A stretch of DNA of 38,682 bases from Psammoneis japonica (Eukaryota): assembly GCA_008632985.1 (NCBI GenBank), contig QPGO01000180.1, positions 97,332 through 136,013 on the forward strand, in the 5' to 3' direction. The notes under the pieces are model-generated. The model saw only the letters and a list, made by a program, of their open reading frames with translations, ran no database searches and was not told the DNA's origin. Both the position numbers and the translations under genes were made by a program. Of the stretch, positions 34,619-38,682 are shown piece by piece. Position 1 is the stretch's first letter, and each line of letters starts with the position of its first letter.

Positions 34619-37600
34619 TGCCGATGAAAGCAGTCATCACTCTCTTTTGACTCTCAGAAAGCACTGTGATAACAAGCTTGTCTATTTTAGCCTCAGGATC
34701 AGACCTTAGAGGACTGAGGTGGCTCTGAAATGGTCGCCAGAAGGATAAATTACAACAGTTAAAAGAGAACAATCCAGCTGAGAGCTGTGAAAAGAAAGTG
34801 AGAAAGAAAAGAGTCATTCTCACGGTGTGTGAGACATTTTGCTGCTTTGCCTTTTTGTCATGAGTGGAAGAGGCAAAGGTGGAAATGGCAACAGAAGCCA
34901 AGGAAGAGGACCCTCAGGAAGGGGCAACAAGAGTGGCAAGCAAAGCAACAAGGGCATCAATGATCATGTCCATCATGTTGGAAGTGCCAAGCAAGCATCT
35001 GATTTTCAGATTGCTGCTGAGTTCATCATCAACTACATTGAGAAGACTCATGAGTTTGGAAATGACATTGCAACTGCACTCAACACTTTCACTCCATGTG
35101 ACATGAGTTCTAAGAAGCCGACTTTGCAGGTCAGCTTGACTGGAGATGACAAGGTGGACGTGCCATTGAACAAACAGCATGAAATTGAGTTCAAGACAGA
35201 ATTTGATGCTCACATTAAGAGGACCCAAACTTGTGAGAACAACCTCATCAAGGCTTGTGCTTTGCTCTGGGAGAGATGCTCCAAGGCCATGAAGAACAAG
35301 ATTCAAGCAAGAACCGACTTCCAAGCCAAAATTGAAAACGATCCTGTCGAATTGCTCAAGGCCATTAAGGAGCATGCATTGAACTGCCAAGAGCACAGGT
35401 GTGACATGGCTGTCATCTCAGATTCAATGAGAGCAGTGCTGGAAACCAAGCAGAAGGAGAAGGAGAGTCTCCAAGATTGCACCAAGAGATTCAGGGTTGC
35501 AAGGGACATCATGAAGTCTCACATTGGAGGACCAATTGTCCTCACCAAGGCAGTGCAAGGCATGTCAGAATGTGACGAGCACAATGCGGATGCTGTCAAG
35601 AAGTGTCAAGAAAAGGCATTCAGCCAATTGATGGGTTACATGTGCTTGGAGAATGCAGACCAGCGCAAGTGCGGATCAATTCTAACAGGATTGAACACTC
35701 AGCAGTCCCTCAAGAACGACCAATGTCCCAAGTCCATTGCGGAAGCCAACACGGTGTTGAGCAACCACACTTTTGACTGCGTTGGTCAGCCTGACAACCA
35801 CCGTAACAGGAACAATCGAAACAACAACTCTGGCTCCAAGAAACAAGAAGAAAACCAAGAAATCACGCTGTCCTTCGCTCAGTTAGAAGGGAGGTGTCAC
35901 TGCTGTGGCAAGGCTGGACACAATTCCAAAAATTGCTGGGAAAGGAAAGGAAAACCTCAAGCAGAATGGGCCATCAACAAGGCCAAAGCTAAGGAAGAAG
36001 CAAGCAACGCTCAAGCAAGTGACGATGCCAGCACAGCCAACTCTTCTGCCAAAGAATCCACTGGAACAAAATCCACCGTTTCAGGATGGGCTGGCACGCA
36101 CATCGATGCATCTCTCTGCCAGGATCAATCTGGCAACATGAGAGACTGGATTTTATTGGACAACCAGTCCACAACCACAATCTTCTGCAATGAGAAGCTC
36201 GTCACAGACATCCGTCCATCGGATGAAGCCATGCGTTTGCACACCAATGGCGGAGTCCTAGTCATGACACACAAGGCCACGGTGCCAGGGTTTGGTGAGA
36301 CTTGGTTTGACCCAGATGCAATCACCAACATTTTTGCTTGCTCTGACATGAAGAAGAAGCACAGAATCACAAGTGATTCTAAGCAAGACAACGCATTCAC
36401 CGTTCATCTCCCCAACAAGAAGGTTGGGTTCGAGGAGGACGGAAAAGGGCTGCATGTTTACAAGCCCAAGATTGACGACACTGGAGCTCAGCTCCAATTT
36501 GTGCAGAGTGTGGAAGAGAACAAGAAGTTCTACACTCCACGACAGTTTGAGAAAGCCAAGAGGGCCAGGGAACCATTGCACGCGTTGGGAAACCCAACCG
36601 TGAACGATCTGAAGGCCATCATTTGCGTGAACAGCATCAAGAACAATCCCGTCACAACGGAGGACGTAGATTTGGCCGAGAAGATTTTTGGACCAGACAT
36701 TGGAAGTCTAAAAGGCAAGGCAACAAGGCAGAAGCCAGACCCAGTTGTAGAAAACTACGCAGAGATCCCGAAGGAGCTCATTGCAGCACAGCACAAGGTC
36801 GCTCTTTGCCTGGACAGCCTCAAGGTGAATGGATTGCCATTCCTCACCACAGTGTCACGAAACATTTTTTATTGCACGGCACAACCGCTCAAGGACTTGA
36901 CCCAACCAACTCATCAAGAAGCTCTGGAAGATGTGCTGCGAGTCTGCAACAAGGCCGATTTGAAGGTCACACGCATTCATTGCGACAACGAATTCAGGCC
37001 CATTGGGAATGCACTAGAAGACAAGTTTGATCTCAAGGTGAACTGTGCAAATGCTCAGGAGCATGTCCCAGAAGCCGAAAGAAACAACCGAGTTATTCAA
37101 GAACGTGCCAGGGCAGTCTATCATCAGCTGCCATTCAAGCATCTGCCAAAACTCATGGTCGAAGTCATGGTCACCGAAGCTGCTAAGAAGCTCAACCATT
37201 TTCCAGCCAAGCACGGCGTTTCCAAACATTGCAGTCCAAGAATGATTCTCCATCAAAAGAATCTAGACTGTGACAAGAGCTGCAAGATCACGTTTGGCAC
37301 TTGTGTGCAAGCTCACAATGACCCGGACCCCAAGAACACCCAAGAGTCATGGACCTTGGATTGCATTTGTTTGCGCCCCACCGACAGCAACCAGATTGGA
37401 CATGAGTTGCTGCACTTGCAAACCGGCAAGAAGATCACTCGTCGCAAGGTCACCCCTGTGCCCATCACTCCCGCCATCATAAAGCAGGTTCATCGTTTGG
37501 CTGAAATGAACAAGATGCCCAACGGTCTCAAGATTCAGAACCGCACTGGAACTGTTTTGTACGACAGTGCTTGGCTTGCAGGAGTGGATTGTGATGAAGA

Positions 37601-38682
37601 TCAATTTGAAGACGAAGATTGTGATCTAGAAGAAGACATTGAAACTGAAGACGATGAGGAAGAAGAGCTAGACTGGGGAGACTGCGACAGAGTTAGTCAA
37701 GAAGAGCTGCAAGACACAACTCGGGAACAAGAATTGGATGAAGAAGCCAGCTGCATCAGCGAACAACAAGACGAGACTCAAGAAGAAACCTCCAATGATG
37801 AGCATCTCGGAGACAATGACGAAGTTGGTTCTCAACCATCAGACGGCAGCGGAATCTCACAAGAAATCGATGACATGATTGACCACATTGATGAACAACA
37901 GAGGCTGGAACAAGAGAAGGAACACTCTCCGGAAGTGCAAGAGATCATCGACGAAATGAAAGACCTGGAATCTGATGACGAATCTGGAGAGGAGCAGAGT
38001 GAAACCGAAGAAAGTGTCCAAGAAGAGCCTGTTGCTACATCCAGGGCAGGAAGGACTCTCAAACCTCCAGTTAGATTGGGAGACTGCCAATGCCATCTGC
38101 AGACTCAAGCCCATTCACAAGAAGAAGCGCGCAGCTTGGAGATGGCCAGAATCATGGCCATGACAATGTGCCAGTGGAACGAAAAGGTTAGCATGATTTC
38201 CACTGATGAAGAAGCACACCAATTTATTCAGACTTGCAGCTTGGCACGAGGACTCCAGAAGTTTGGAGAAGAAGGCCACAAGTCGGCAGTGTCAGAGCTG
38301 AAGCAAATCCATGACAGAGTGGTTTTCAAACCCATTCACATCAATGACATGACTCCTCTGGAGAGGAAGAGAGCCATGGAGAGCCTCATGTTTCTCACAG
38401 AGAAGAGAGATGGACGAATCAAGTCAAGGTTGTGTGCAAACGGAAGCACGCAACGAGAGCACATGGACCAAGACGAAACCGCCAGTCCGACAGCATCCAC
38501 AGAATCTGTTCTCATTGCAGGAGTGATTGATGCTGAGCAAGGCAGAGACGTTGTGACAGCGGACATCCTGAACGCATTTGTGCAAACGGACATCGAGGTC
38601 AAGGATGAAAAGATCATCATGAAGATCCGTGGAAGGATGGTGGACATGTTGCTGGAATTGGATTCAGACACTTGCCAGGACT
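34619..38682 (+). mobile_element. Ty1/copia LTR retrotransposon (diatom CoDi-like), 3' end outside window; putative 5' LTR 34619-34757
   Basis: TG...CA-bounded ~139-bp segment duplicated at 30207-30349, followed by a gag-PR-IN-RT polyprotein in copia domain order. Confidence 0.92.
34860..38682 (+). CDS. copia gag-pol polyprotein; open frame of 1274 codons running off the window, hypermutated and probably non-functional
   Basis: Hand translation from ATG 34860 found no stop (absent from the ORF track because it has no stop in the window). Zn knuckle CHCCGKAGHNSKNC, protease WILLDNQST, integrase IHCDNEF and EHVPEAERNNRVIQER, RT start KRDGRIKSRLCANG, ASPT, ADILNAFVQT. Confidence 0.9.
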   Translation, partial: MSGRGKGGNGNRSQGRGPSGRGNKSGKQSNKGINDHVHHVGSAKQASDFQIAAEFIINYIEKTHEFGNDIATALNTFTPCDMSSKKPTLQVSLTGDDKVDVPLNKQHEIEFKTEFDAHIKRTQTCENNLIKACALLWERCSKAMKNKIQARTDFQAKIENDPVELLKAIKEHALNCQEHRCDMAVISDSMRAVLETKQKEKESLQDCTKRFRVARDIMKSHIGGPIVLTKAVQGMSECDEHNADAVKKCQEKAFSQLMGYMCLENADQRKCGSILTGLNTQQSLKNDQCPKSIAEANTVLSNHTFDCVGQPDNHRNRNNRNNNSGSKKQEENQEITLSFAQLEGRCHCCGKAGHNSKNCWERKGKPQAEWAINKAKAKEEASNAQASDDASTANSSAKESTGTKSTVSGWAGTHIDASLCQDQSGNMRDWILLDNQSTTTIFCNEKLVTDIRPSDEAMRLHTNGGVLVMTHKATVPGFGETWFDPDAITNIFACSDMKKKHRITSDSKQDNAFTVHLPNKKVGFEEDGKGLHVYKPKIDDTGAQLQFVQSVEENKKFYTPRQFEKAKRAREPLHALGNPTVNDLKAIICVNSIKNNPVTTEDVDLAEKIFGPDIGSLKGKATRQKPDPVVENYAEIPKELIAAQHKVALCLDSLKVNGLPFLTTVSRNIFYCTAQPLKDLTQPTHQEALEDVLRVCNKADLKVTRIHCDNEFRPIGNALEDKFDLKVNCANAQEHVPEAERNNRVIQERARAVYHQLPFKHLPKLMVEVMVTEAAKKLNHFPAKHGVSKHCSPRMILHQKNLDCDKSCKITFGTCVQAHNDPDPKNTQESWTLDCICLRPTDSNQIGHELLHLQTGKKITRRKVTPVPITPAIIKQVHRLAEMNKMPNGLKIQNRTGTVLYDSAWLAGVDCDEDQFEDEDCDLEEDIETEDDEEEELDWGDCDRVSQEELQDTTREQELDEEASCISEQQDETQEETSNDEHLGDNDEVGSQPSDGSGISQEIDDMIDHIDEQQRLEQEKEHSPEVQEIIDEMKDLESDDESGEEQSETEESVQEEPVATSRAGRTLKPPVRLGDCQCHLQTQAHSQEEARSLEMARIMAMTMCQWNEKVSMISTDEEAHQFIQTCSLARGLQKFGEEGHKSAVSELKQIHDRVVFKPIHINDMTPLERKRAMESLMFLTEKRDGRIKSRLCANGSTQREHMDQDETASPTASTESVLIAGVIDAEQGRDVVTADILNAFVQTDIEVKDEKIIMKIRGRMVDMLLELDSDTCQD

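Noticed and set aside
34860..38682. Alternative genetic code (Tyr reassigned) for the TE ORFs
   Set aside because: TA is lost in all codon positions and in non-coding repeats, and host genes use standard Tyr and stop codons.
1..38682. CpG methylation decay or GC-biased gene conversion as the sole cause of TG/CA richness
   Set aside because: CpG decay contributes but cannot turn TAY into TGY/CAY. gBGC is not dinucleotide-specific, and AA, TT and AT remain abundant.

Overview
Eukaryotic genomic DNA, most likely a pennate diatom (inferred from short GT-AG introns, a CoDi-type Ty1/copia element and a bipartite plastid-type presequence). Two host-gene islands (~3.2-18.1 kb: ankyrin protein, CitE/CLYBL-like lyase, PARP-Zn-finger+HRDC protein, JmjC/cupin, membrane protein, cytochrome P450, Rad7-like LRR protein, GT14 glycosyltransferase; ~28.3-29.8 kb: bestrophin) alternate with three transposon blocks (1-3.0 kb: tyrosine-recombinase retroelement; 18.3-27.7 kb: tandem arrays, a TIR insertion and a dead hAT; 30.2 kb-end: solo LTR, long-TIR element with a nested MITE, and a copia polyprotein). 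The main signal is that the transposon blocks have been largely stripped of TpA, which was converted to TpG or CpA (A-to-G on either strand). This is visible directly between repeat copies, TIR pairs and target-site duplications, and as systematic Tyr-to-Cys/His changes in an otherwise unbroken 1274-codon copia ORF. It looks like a repeat-targeted hypermutation defence, chemically the reverse of fungal RIP. All counts are by hand; no database searches were run.
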